DNA of 63,057 nucleotides, the filler included, from Octopus bimaculoides (Eukaryota): assembly GCF_001194135.2 (NCBI RefSeq). It is 5 parts of 4 records of this genome, joined end to end, with 100 filler letters (N's around TTAATTAATTAA, not from the genome) between each part and the next. Parts side by side here need not be neighbours in the genome. Positions count along the whole stretch, not along the records: positions 10,881 to 28,942 come from NC_068990.1; positions 29,043 to 51,862 come from NC_068990.1; 3 more parts are not named here. One strand, 5' to 3'. Below the pieces are notes generated by a model, which worked only from the letters and a program-made list of their open reading frames with translations, had not been told where the DNA came from and searched no databases. Positions 23,009 to 35,397 of the stretch are shown here, in pieces. Each line of letters starts with the position of its first letter. The first letter of the stretch is position 1. The translations under genes were made by a program, and so were the position numbers.

Positions 23009-26000
23009 TTCAATACTTTATTTCATTGTACCATCCATTTTTATTTTATATTATATATTGTATATTATATTATATATTCTATATTCCATATTCTATATCC
23101 CACATTGGTTTTGCAGGAATATAAATAAAACATAAAAAACAGACAGTGTTGGAACTCTTTTAAACAAAATAATATATTCCTCTATACACAATCATACAAA
23201 ACCTTTTTTTGTATTTATTTTTACTCGCATACGACGGGTTTCTTTCAGTTTCCATCTATGTGCGCATGGATTGTATGCATGTATGTATGTAAGTATGTGT
23301 GTATGTATAAGTATATGTTATCCAATGTATCGTTCCATTTTTAAGATGACAGAGTGATATGAGGTAAATATAACTTCTGCTTTTAGTACTGTAAGAACGC
23401 CCCTGTATATACCCCACTCGATTGTTTCTTTGTTGTATTTAGTTTAGCAACATCAATCAGCGTAGGCTGATAGAAGACCACTTAATCGATTATCAGAGAA
23501 TGTCTGAATACCTTGAAGAGCCTGCTATGTATCAAAAGTAGATCGTTGGAATTATTTGTTGCATAGCAACATCCTATTAAAATCCACTAAATAGAGTGAA
23601 TTTTAAATTATCCAGTCTCATGTTATTTTATACTACACTCATACTACATTATATTAAGAGCTAATAAGAGGATCACTTAAGTCTTCTGCTTTATTTTCAT
23701 GAAATAGAAGCCAAATATCCCTTCTATTTCAGCCAATTAAGATATGCCCTCGTTGTAAGATAACACTTTAAGGCGACGAAATAGCAGAATCGTCAGCACG
23801 TCGGCCAAAATGCTTCACAGCGTTTCTTTCCGGCTCTTAACGTTCTGAGTTCGAATATTCCTCGACTTTACCTTTCATTTTCTCGTGGTCAATAAAATAA
23901 GTACCAGTAGTACTTATACAATCCCTCTAAAATTATTGTCCTTTTGCAAAAATTTGAAACTGTTTCAAGATAACGTCACGCTATCCCGAGACAACAAAAG
24001 TGCCTTTTATATGATCGCTCGACTTCCTACAAATGATAAACAAATCTTCCTCAAATCATTTATACAATTCATTTGTATACTTTATTTGGCGGGGGGGGGG
24101 GTNNNNNNNNNNCCTCAAATCATTTATACAATTCATTTGTATACTTTATTTGGCGGGGGGGGGGGTTACACTTTGTGCAAAGGTAAATTATCGCGATTTA
24201 GCGTCGGAGTCGAAATACGGATGCTCGGCTTGCTAAAACTGGCAACCCAATTTCCATCAATTGACACCCAACAGTACCGCAATAAATGAGATTACTTCTT
24301 CACTAGAAACCAGTGCTGGAGTGTTTACGTAGCTGTGCTAGAAATAGAACCCAAATTTTGCTCAGTTCACATTACTACCAACTTTAAAAATCGGAACCAA
24401 TTAGGCAAAATATTTTGTCCGACACCCTCACGATTCTACTAATCCACTTTTCATAAAATGTAACAAATAATATGATAAGAAAACTTAAACATTATAAATT
24501 AAAATTTGTAATAGTAAGTTATTGTCATATTTTGGCAACATGGAAGGAAGAAAAATTATGTTCCAACTTGTAGTAGAGTACATGTCAGAGATTGCCGACC
24601 TGGTCACCGAAATTGGATTGGTTCAATCGTCTACAAAAGTCATCTTACACTGTCTATGTGGGTTCACTAAGGCAGAAACATGTCAATCACTACGCCCAGC
24701 ACAATACTACGCCTTTCAGCGAAAGACAATAATTTTCAATGGGTTTCCAAGAAAAGCTGCCTAGTTGGTTCCGACTTTTTTGCTTTCTTCCAGATCAGCT
24801 TTGCCTTTCTCTCCTGCGGAGTCGGTAAAATATAATACCAGTCAAGTACCACAGTCGATTAGGCCCCGCTATCATCAAATTTCAGACCTGGTGTCTACGT
24901 TACAAACAATTATTTGTAACATATTGATTATTTGAAGTTCAAGCGACAAAACTAGTTACTGTCTTTCTCTTCCACAGCCGAAGACAAAAAGCAAGGACTA
25001 CAAACCGCATGATTATTCAAATTTGTGAAAGCTTCCATGAACTTCTTTTATTATTCCTGAATCAGTAAAGGCGGCGAGCTGGCAAAATTGTTAGCACACC
25101 CGAACAAAATGCTTAGCGACATTTCCTACGGCTTTACGTTATAGGTTCAAATTCTGCTGAGGTCGATTTTGCCTTTCATCTTTTCAGGGTGCATGAAATA
25201 TGTACCTTTTGAGCACTGGAATCAATTTAGTCGATAAATACCTTCGCCCTAAATTTCAAGCCTCATACCTATAGTAGAAAGAATTATTTATAAATAAGTA
25301 AAAGTAGCGAGCTAGCAGAATCATTTCCAAATCGGGACAAAATGTTTAGCGGTATTTCTTCCGACTCCTTACGTTCTAAGTTCCATTTCTGTCGAGGTTG
25401 ACTTAGCCTTACATCTAATAGTGTTCAATAAAATAACTACCAAATAAATAATGGGTTCAATGTAATCGAATTTTTCTCTCCCTTCAAAACTACTAGCATT
25501 TTTGCAAAAATTTCAGACAATAATTTATTGATAGGTAAGGTAAGTAAAACTACAAAAATTTTACAGATATCTACATCCTTGCTGTATATCAATGAAGACC
25601 ACTCTTTGATTCTGTCTAGTCATATATGGTATAAAATTCTATATCCATATGACCTCAATTGATGAACAATAGACAGGAGGAAATAGTTGAGTGTATGTAA
25701 CATCAAAAGTTTTATGTGTGACCTTTATCGACTTGTTGACATTCAGAAACTGAAACAACTGTTTTTACAAAATTAAATTTCAGTTCGTGTATGTGCGCGT
25801 GCCTATAAACTATTTTTAGTATATATGTGTATGTGTGTCTATATATGCGTGTGTATGCGTGTGTGTATATATATATATATGTCTGTATGTATGCGTATAT
25901 GTATTATACATTTATGCATATATATGTGTTTCTCTGTGCGTGTATGTGTGTATATTTAGTCTTTTATTCTTTTATTTGTTTTAGTCATTTGACTACGGCC

Positions 26001-26015
26001 ATGCTGGACCACCGC

Positions 26016-26061
<46 letters not shown>

Positions 26062-26089
26062 CTAAGGGGACAGGATAAACTACCTGCAT

Positions 26090-26772
26090 CAACTTTCTAT
26101 AAAAGAGCTGTTAGTGATTTTACCCTGTCCTTATTCTTAGTGAAAGTTTTGAGGAGTGTATTTCGATTTTAACAGTTATTTTTTCAGAGCTATTATGGAA
26201 GTGACAAAGGAACATATTCGGCGTATTTTGCTACATGAGTTCAATAAAGGCAACAACTCAGCGGAAAGTGCGAGTAGCATTAATGCAGTAAATGGAGATT
26301 GGACAATAAACGTAAGCCAGTGTCAACGGTGGTTCCAGAAATTCCGAGCCGGCAACTGCAGCCTAGAAGACGAGCCTTGTCCTGAAAGATCTGTAGAGCT
26401 CGACGAGGACGTCCTGCAAAACCTGGTGGAACAAAATCCCATCGAAACTGTTGAGGAGTTAAGAAACTAGCATAGAAGCTTGGATTTGGTCATTCAACCA
26501 TTCATCGACACCTGCGCTAGAAGAAAAGCGACCATCTTTGGTTTCAGTCACTAGAACGAAAAAAATATGAATTCTGGAGACGAGGTCAGAACATAACTGG
26601 AGAAGTATTTTCCGTCACGAACGAGTGAACTTTCGAATAGAGGCCTTGCAAATCTACCATTGTAGAAAATGAAGGACAGTATCTTTTATATTAAAAAAGA
26701 ACTTTGTTTATCTTAATTTTGAAAATTTTTTTAAAAGTATAAAAAATTAATTTATTTATGGGATGATCCAAT
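26090..26772 (+). mobile_element. Internally deleted mariner (HTH N-terminus fused to C-terminus, right TIR)
   Basis: ORF 26156..26470 KEHIRRILLHEFNKG...CQRWFQKFRAGNCSLEDE; ends gggatgatccaa-TA; no DD34D core visible. Confidence 0.9.
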
Positions 26773-27681
26773 ATATAGGTATATATGTGTGTGTGTGTCT
26801 ATATATACGTGTGTTTATATATGCGTATATATATATATATATATATATATAAATATATATATATATACATAACCACATTTCTGATACCGCATTTTCCAGC
26901 CTACAAATCTAATTTTTCGCACCAATTTTAGCAGACACGCAAATAGGGTTGGTCGACTTATGCACCAAGACGTGTTTGAAGGACTATGAATTACATGTGA
27001 AATGCATCAGGATTTGGAAAGATAGACAGGTTGTTTGAATGTTTACATTACGTGTTTACACTTTATATATTACATCGTGTCTTCTATGCCGGAAAATATG
27101 GCATTAATCCATTTCCCATAAAACAAGTCAAAAATAATATAAATCAGAAGAAAAAATAGATTAGAAAAAAAAACGAATTACAGGAAAAAGCAAAAACCCA
27201 AGCGAAACTGAAGTCAAATTCCTATTAAGTTTATCTGATATCCTAATTTGAATTTTTTAAACTTTTCTGTTCTGTTTTTTCTGAATCTTGGTTTGTATCT
27301 TTTATCTGTTTTCTGTCTGACTTTATGATATGGTCTGATCTAAAATGTAATAGTGTGTGCCTCTCTGCGTATGTACGTAACTGTTTTTAATACGTATGTA
27401 TGTATGTATGTATGTATGTATGTAGGTATGTATGTAGGTATGCATGTATTCTGTAGGTATATATTTATGTGTGTGCATGTATATATATACATATATATAT
27501 ATATGCATGTCTATATATATATAGCATATTAATGCTATAGATGTATGTACATATATACACACGCATACATACATACATACATACATACATACATACATAC
27601 ATACATACACACGCGTGCACGCACACAAACGCACACGCTCACATACGCGCGCACAAGCACACATAAATACAAGCATATGTA

Positions 27682-27772
<91 letters not shown>

Positions 27773-27921
27773 NNNNNNNNNNNNNNNNNNNNNNNNNNNN
27801 NNNNNNNNNNNNNNNNNNNNNNNNNNNNNNNNNNNNNNNNNNNNNNNNNNNNNNNNNNNNNNNNNNNNNNNNNNNNNNNNNNNNNNNNNNNNNNNNNNNN
27901 NNNNNNNNNNNNNNNNNNNNN

Positions 27922-27983
<62 letters not shown>

Positions 27984-28190
27984 CATATATACATATATAT
28001 GTGTGTGTGCGTGTGCGTGGGTGCGTGTGTATGCATATGTACATGCGTACATGCAAACGCTTGTGTCTAAATATATATTTATATGTATATATGCCTATAT
28101 ACGTATATGTGTGTGTATATGTATATGCACATATACATACATCTGTGTATGCACACACACACATACACACACATACACACACACACACAC

Positions 28191-28239
<49 letters not shown>

Positions 28240-28901
28240 CACAAATATGTATGTATGTATTCCGTTATTCCTCTATTCCGAGAAAGAAACAAGACGCTAC
28301 AAAGTACTTTATAACTATCTATTCTATACTGAACTGAGATACCTATTGATTTTGAAATTGATAGACGTATTTTTACCAAAGTAATTCTATGTGAAGGAAT
28401 TCTATATAGAATATAGAATCAGTGGCATTTGATCATTCCAGGAAGTAGTGACCAGATCATTGGTTATGGCCAGAAGCCACCTACTAATGGACGCCATATA
28501 TTGCACACATCTGTTCTTAATGTAAAGATATACTCTTTCCAATCTTGTCTTGCTAAACTGGTTTTCTTCATTCTATATGTTGTGTCATTGTGTCATTTTA
28601 CATACAGCTGGATATCTGTATGCGTATATATATATACATATACANNNNNNNNNNATATATAAATATATGCAACATGGTTTAATTATATATATATATATAT
28701 TCGTGTGAATGTATATGTATGCTAGCTTTTATTCAAATATGTGTGAGTCGATATAGGTATAGATATATATATGTATGTATGTAGGTATGTATGTGTGCGT
28801 GTATATATATTTACATAGATATAGGTGGGTAGATAAATACATACATACATTCGTACGTACATACATATAGAAATACATAATTCACACTTACATCTAGATA
28901 T

Positions 28902-28942
<41 letters not shown>

Positions 28943-29475
28943 NNNNNNNNNNNNNNNNNNNNNNNNNNNNNNNNNNNNNNNNNNNNTTAATTAATTAANN
29001 NNNNNNNNNNNNNNNNNNNNNNNNNNNNNNNNNNNNNNNNNNTTCTTATAAAGATTTTATCCTATATTATATTATAAATAATTAGAATATATTTAGTGCT
29101 GAATATTATTCTGTATAAGCACAGTGTTACTGAGATGCAACCGGATAAATTCTAACCTCTTTCACGGATATATAATAATGAACAGAAGTCATCGTACTAT
29201 TGTTGGGTATATTCGTGGTATGTTGATTTTTGTTTATTTTTTATGTGTCTCGACCATACGTGTACTGATGAACAAAAGATGCAGCTCACATCACAGTTTT
29301 TGCTGTATTAATTGAGAAACCAGTGGTTTGCCGTTAAGTTATATGTTTTTAAGAGATTAATTTTTGAAAGTTGCATTCCCTCGCTTTTGGTAAATATGTT
29401 GCTTATTTTTTCGTAGTTTTTGACTTTTTTAGTCCCTCTAAGCATGAGGCATTACTATATAGTTAATGCCCTTAT

Positions 29476-29521
<46 letters not shown>

Positions 29522-29658
29522 CATACACACACATATATATATATACACACATTTATACATATAAACACACATTTATAGTAAAAGAAAAGGTTAAGACATG
29601 TAATGACAGAATGGTTATGCTGACAATTGTTTTTCAATGTCTCTTCTTATCTTTGCAG

Positions 29659-29801
29659 AAATCAGACAACATGTATACAAAAATATAAGAAAATAAGTGT
29701 TTTGGTTACCAATACTAAGACAAATTTGAATGCTGGAGATTCTATACCTGCTGATTTGATCTACGATAACGCACAAGTTTATAGCCACTGTCAACCTATA
29801 G
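29659..29801 (+). CDS. Candidate orphan exon NQTTCIQKYKKISVLVTNTKTNLNAGDSIPADLIYDNAQVYSHCQPI, loosely F-type-lectin/galactose-binding-domain-like
   Basis: Strong acceptor tcttcttatctttgcag and donor ag|gtaaat; only one frame is open (phase 2 to 1); the family assignment is a by-eye motif impression. Confidence 0.4.
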
Positions 29802-29845
29802 GTAAATATACAAAAGCTTATGTTTTAAAATATCTGATTGCTATA

Positions 29846-30700
29846 CGTGGTTCCATCAGTAAGTATGCAGATTGTTACTATAGTAACGAAGCTAAAGCAT
29901 GGAGTGTGAAGCCATTTAGCACAGATTAACCTTAAACTCTGCTGTGCATGTGCAGTAAGTTTTAACGTTCTAGCTCACTTCTGCTGTTTACAGCAGTACT
30001 TGGAAGGAAAGTGTGTAGCATGTGATCTTCACATTGACCATGAAGGAGAAGGTTGAGTAGAGAACTGGCATCAAATTTTGCTAAAACTTGGCGATACCTG
30101 CTCAGGTGCCTATGCAAAGTTTTCCAAAATTTTTCATCGTTCTTGACACGATCAAGGAGATCTTGTGCAACAGATACCCGAGTGTCTTTTTGGTCAGCTG
30201 AAAGCAGTTTTGGCACAAACTTGGCAGTCACGCGTCTCATACCCAAATCTTCAGTGATAATAGACTGTGCTGAACTATAACTAATCTGCACATCCTCTGA
30301 TAACTTATGGATGGGGATTCAACAATTTTCCCTCACAGCTGCAATGTTTTCCTCAGTTCTACTGATTGTGGGTCTCCCAGAACATTCAACAATATTGACA
30401 CTTTTTTGGCCATCTTGGAAATGTCTGAACCACTCGTACACTTGTGAGCAGCTCATACACTTTCTGCAGCCTTGTGTAGGCCTCTGAGCAGTTATCGCCA
30501 TGACAACATATTTTGTCAAGGTCAATGCAACAATCACACGCTACACACCTTCCTTCAAAGCACTGAAGTGAGCTAGAACGTTAAAACTTAGTGCACATAC
30601 ACAACAGAGTTCAAGGTCAATCTGTGCCAAGCAGCTTCACTCTGCATGCTTTAGCTTTGTTACTATGGCAACAGTCCGGATACTTATTGATCAGACCTTG
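29846..30700 (-). mobile_element. Non-autonomous mariner with ~150-bp inverted ends and TA flanks
   Basis: ORFs 30319..30537 (VYEWFRHFQDG...SGRPTISRTEENI) and 29962..30291 (LGMRRVTAKFVPKLL); the two ends are imperfect reverse complements. Confidence 0.9.
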
Positions 30701-32458
30701 TAAAATATATCATATATAGCCATCAGTTTTAACATCCATTCTACTACACTTGCATGAATGATGGACTTCATTAGGGCAAATTTTCTACAGCTGGATGCCC
30801 TTCCTATCACCAGCATTCACTTGTTTCCAACGTAATATTTTCCTATGGCTGAACATGTTTTCTTGGAAGACTGGAAACAAATGATACCACTTGAGTGATG
30901 ATATCATTGTGATAGTTGAAGGCAAGTGATAAGACAAAGAGACCTTTCAGTTGAGGGTTTTTTGACTTGGAGGTTACTTGGTGACCTCAGTGGTGCTGAT
31001 GCCACATAAAGAGCACCCAGACCACTCTGTAAAGTGGATGGCATTAGGAGGAGCATCCAACCATAGAAGCTTTGCCAAAGCAAACATTGGAGCTTCATGC
31101 AGTCCCCGAGCTCATCAAGCTGCTGTCAAATTGTCCAAGCTGTGCTGGATTGGAAAACAGAGGTTAAATGATGATGTTGATGTTTCAGTGTCTGCCTACC
31201 AAATCCACTCTCAGGGTTTTGACCAGTTGGTAGCTATAATAGAAGAGACTTGTTCAAGGTGCTGAGCAGTGAGACCGAATCTATAACCATGTGGTTGGGA
31301 AGTGAAACTTCTTAATCACACAGCCGCAATACTATAAAACAATCACTAGAACCAACATATAAACTGCAATATATTTTTACAAGTAAATGATTTCTAACAG
31401 TGACAGATCATAATCCTCATCACTTCACATCCGTTCTTCTCACCAGCCTTCTAGATGAGTCAGGGTACCACAACTCACTTGAATGTTTCATTCTAAGTAT
31501 AGCTGAATGCCTTTCCTAACACCAACCACCGTAATGAGCATACTGGGTACATTTTTATCATGGTACCAGCACCAGAGAGATTCTTATGTCCTTCGCTAGA
31601 CAGAAAAGTCCCCTATGTTATTTCTATTCATTTAACCCTTTTGATACCAGCTTGCCAGAAACCACCCCTGGTTGTATGATACAAATTTTCTATTTTAAAG
31701 TGATCTAAATTAAAACCTTCCATCAAAATTTCATGTTAATTTATATTCCAAACACCAACTTAAGGACAAAATCATTTTACTAAATTCTTCAATAATTTAA
31801 AAATTGAAACAAGGAACCCTGCCACCACCACCATCTTTCTTACAGCCTGGAATCATTTCACTTGATATTTATCTTTTATTCTTAATACCGTCCTTTTCAC
31901 CCACATTTTATATTGATCACCCTTAGCCAAATTCTCTCTCCTTCTCCACGTCTGTCATTCTCTCCAAGCACTTCACCTGCAGCTCTCTTCACTACATTCT
32001 TGCAACCAACCCAACCACATATTTCTCTTTCTAATCCTTCTCCTGTCTGCTGAATAATCATTACTACCCTGCTATATCGTTGGTTGTCCTTCTTTCATTA
32101 TGTTCACCCCTCACACTCCTGTGCACTCTTGCAGTCTCTGCCTATCCACACTCCCAGTTCTCTCCCGACTCACCTCATTTCTTGAGTGTTTCCTCTTACC
32201 TCACCCAGGTACCTCATCACTTTTTATCGCTTTGTAGCTCAACCCTCCCTTCTAAAAGTTGAGTCACCATGTAGCTACTGTACAGCAAGAAACCTGCTCT
32301 GGCCCCTTCACATCTCTTGGTATAAAGTTGTTTTGGGATGTGTACTCTTGCAAGCTGCATGGTGACTTCACTTGTACTGGTGCCATGAAAAGAAGCACCC
32401 AGTATATACTGTAAAATGATTGGGATCAGGAAGGGCATTCGGCTGTAGAAATCATTTC

Positions 32459-32976
32459 GGATCTTTTTTAAAACGGGGGCCACATTTTTCATTAATGTTT
32501 TACGTAGTGTTTTTGGTACCGAAAGACTTTCAAACTTCGTATACTTATCTATTTTGTGTTATAGAACAGAAAAATATTTTTGTATTCGAATTTATTTCAT
32601 GTAAAAAATTGTCTTATTTCGATAATTTCAACCAATCACTGACATCCATTCAGCCGATATACATTAAGTGCCGACTACATAAACAAACGATTCTTCGTTT
32701 TATTTGCTTTTTTCATTTTAAATTTGCTTTAACCCTAACCGTAGGGTTAGGGTTAGAGTTAATTGTTTCAGAATCGTTTGTTTATGTAGTCGGCACTTAA
32801 TGTATATCGGCTGAAATTACAGAAATACAACTTTAACATGGAATAATTTATGGATTTCTTTTTTTTTTTAAGAAGACTAAGAGAAAAAGATGTTTTATAT
32901 GATACATTCTACCAGTGTTCCAAGTCTCAAAGTGTTTCGTTAATGAAAAATGTGGCCCCCGTTTTAAAAAAGATCC
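32459..32976. mobile_element. 518-bp foldback MITE: perfect 37-bp TIRs, 8-bp TSD ATCATTTC, inner perfect 46-bp inverted repeat
   Basis: TSD 32451-32458 and 32977-32984; TIRs 32459-32495 and 32940-32976; inner arms 32649-32694 and 32770-32815. Confidence 0.92.
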
Positions 32977-33559
32977 ATCATTTCAAAATGCACAGTAGAG
33001 CACGATGCAGTCCTAGGACCCATCAAATCCTGTCAAATCATCTAACCCATACTATCATGGTATTTAGCTGTTGCAATTTTTCAACAATAATTTCCTCAAA
33101 TCTCTTATAAAAGAAAATTGACCCCAACACTAAGTATTTCAGAGCATTGCGTCTGATAATTTATGGATTCTATCTTTCCACCTTTGTAATAATAAAAATG
33201 AAAGCTATTATCTCAGCAAGATTTGAACTCAGAACATAAAAACTAGTGTGGCTGTGTGGTTGAGAAGTTTGCTTCCTAACCACATGGTTGTGGGTACAGT
33301 TCCACTGCATGGCACCTCAAGCAATTATCTTCTACTATAACCTCAGGTTAACCAAAGGCTTGTAAGTAGATTTTGTAGATGGAAACTGAAAAAAACCTTT
33401 TGTATATATATGTGTGTGCATGTCTTTGTCCCCTGCTTCCACTGCTTGACAACCAGTGTTAGTGTATCTACATCCCTGTGACTTAACAAAATCTTACTTT
33501 GGTAAGATTTGAACTCAAAATGTAAAAAGGAATAACTAAATACTAAAAACAAAAAAGAA

Positions 33560-34690
33560 TTCAAGAGAAGGCAAAACGATTTGAAACAGCAATGTGCACT
33601 GAGTGAAAGATTGACAGCAACTGATGCTCTCCTGCTAATAATCTCAGCTTGTCACTGTTTTCTATGTTCATTACTTGGGACACTCTTCATCGCCTAAAAT
33701 GCATCAACAGTGAAAGAAGAAATAGGGCAGAGTATTTGGTAAATAGCAAACAAGACCTGCTACAGTATGCTGCTAATGCAGACGGATTTACCAAAAATGG
33801 ACTTGAGAGTGCTAATGAATTCTGATCACAAATAGCCCACAAGAGAGAAGAAACTCTACTCCACAAGGAATTACATGGTCAGCTAGACATGGCCTGGGCC
33901 TATACTGGCCGAAACATATCAAAGTTATAGTTCCACCGTGAAACTAACAACTTAAAAGACCAGGAAATATCATGGAGGACCAAAAGCTTAATCATCGCTG
34001 CCTTGGATCAGGCATTGAATACCAACTCAGTGAAAAGATATATATATATATATATATACCACACAAGTGCAATGAAACTCTGCAGAATTTGTTGAAAGAG
34101 GGTTGAAAGTGTGACTCACATTGTTAGTGCTTGTGAAAGTCTTGCACAGAAAAAGAGTACAAGCAAGGTAACCCAAAACTTCCATTGGCTACTATACCAG
34201 GAGTATGGATACAAGGTAACAGGTGCTTGGTACCAACATACAGCAGAAAAGGTAATAGACGAAAAGGGGAAGGCAAAAATTTTCTGGGACTGACTTCCAG
34301 ACAGACAAGGTATTAGAGCACCAGTGGTCGAATATAGTAACCTTCAGGAGGGACAAACAAGTGTGCCTAATAATTGATATGGCAGTGCCAGGAGATCAAC
34401 ATATTATCATGAAAGAAGGAGAAAAGATTGATGAATACAGAGACCTGAGATCGCCAAGATGTGACAGCTACAAGAGTCAAACAAAGATTGTTCTTGTCAT
34501 CGGAGCATTGGGTTCAATACCACCCAACCTGAAGAAACATCTGAAAACTTTAGAAATGCCCTACAATCTAGGTGTATTGCAAAAATCAGCACTACTTGGA
34601 ACAACACACATATTGTGTAAAGTACTGTCTGTCTGAGGTCTTTGTTGTGACTTGACAGAGTACAAACCCTCGGTAGACACAATATCTCCA
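33560..34690 (+). mobile_element. R4/Dong-like non-LTR 3' region (CCHC + RLE)
   Basis: LHGQ, LIIAALDQALNT, THIVSACESLAQ...WYQH...FWD (ORF 34111) and CLIIDMAVPGD...VIGALGSIP...LQKSALLGT (ORF 34361). Confidence 0.92.
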
Positions 34691-35169
34691 ATCAACATCA
34701 TAATATTTGATGCTGTGCGATGTCTTAAATAATTGTTTTGGCACAAGGCCAACAATTTTAGAGGAAGCAAGTAAGGCGATTACACCAATAAAGTGCTCAA
34801 CTGGCACTTTATTTCATTGACCCTGAAAGAATGAAAAGTAAAGGTAATTGTAGCAGAGCTTGAACTCAAAATGGGAAGAGTTATAAGAAATACCACAAAG
34901 CATTTTGTCCAACAAACAATTCTACCAGCTTGCCATTTTATCATCATTTAACATCTGTTTTCCATGGGTTGGATGGTTTGACAGGGATTGGCTAGGTAGA
35001 AGACTGACTGCATCAGACATCACTGTCGGTTTTGGTAGGGCTTGTATGGTTGGATGCCCTTCCTAATGTCAACCACTGAAGATTTTGTCCAATGCACTGG
35101 TGCTTCTCTCAGTTTGCCACCTTACCTAATAATATCAACAACAACAATAATTATAATATAGCAAATAAC

Positions 35170-35175
35170 TTTAAT
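35170..35175 (-). terminator. Candidate PHGDH polyadenylation signal ATTAAA
   Basis: ATTAAA on the minus strand ~45 nt past the stop codon; positional inference only. Confidence 0.35.
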
Positions 35176-35218
35176 GACATTTGTTTATAAAATTCTCAAA
35201 TAATTCCATGTCAAATGT

Positions 35219-35397
35219 TTAAAATGGTAATACTTCTGAGAGAGGAGAGACTGAGACTTGGAAACACATTTCAAAACCTTTTCCAGATTCAGGAGCATCC
35301 AGCTTCCCATGAGCAGTAATAACACACCAGCTTTCATTTTTCTTTTCATGTGGCATTATTATAGAAGACAAAGAGTTTCCACACACATCTTGTTTCT
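35219..35397 (-). CDS. PHGDH: PHGDH last coding exon: [59 protein letters not shown]
   Basis: aatcttcttcag acceptor, phase matches the previous exon; ESWCVI and CFQV resemble vertebrate ETWHVM and AFQF; ends in TAA. Confidence 0.85.

Noticed and set aside
23443-25628. Further plus-strand exon candidates (23443-23541, 24794-24824 signal-peptide-like, from 24978, 25567-25628; also from 18726)
   Set aside because: They cannot be chained in phase without stops and have no recognisable homology.
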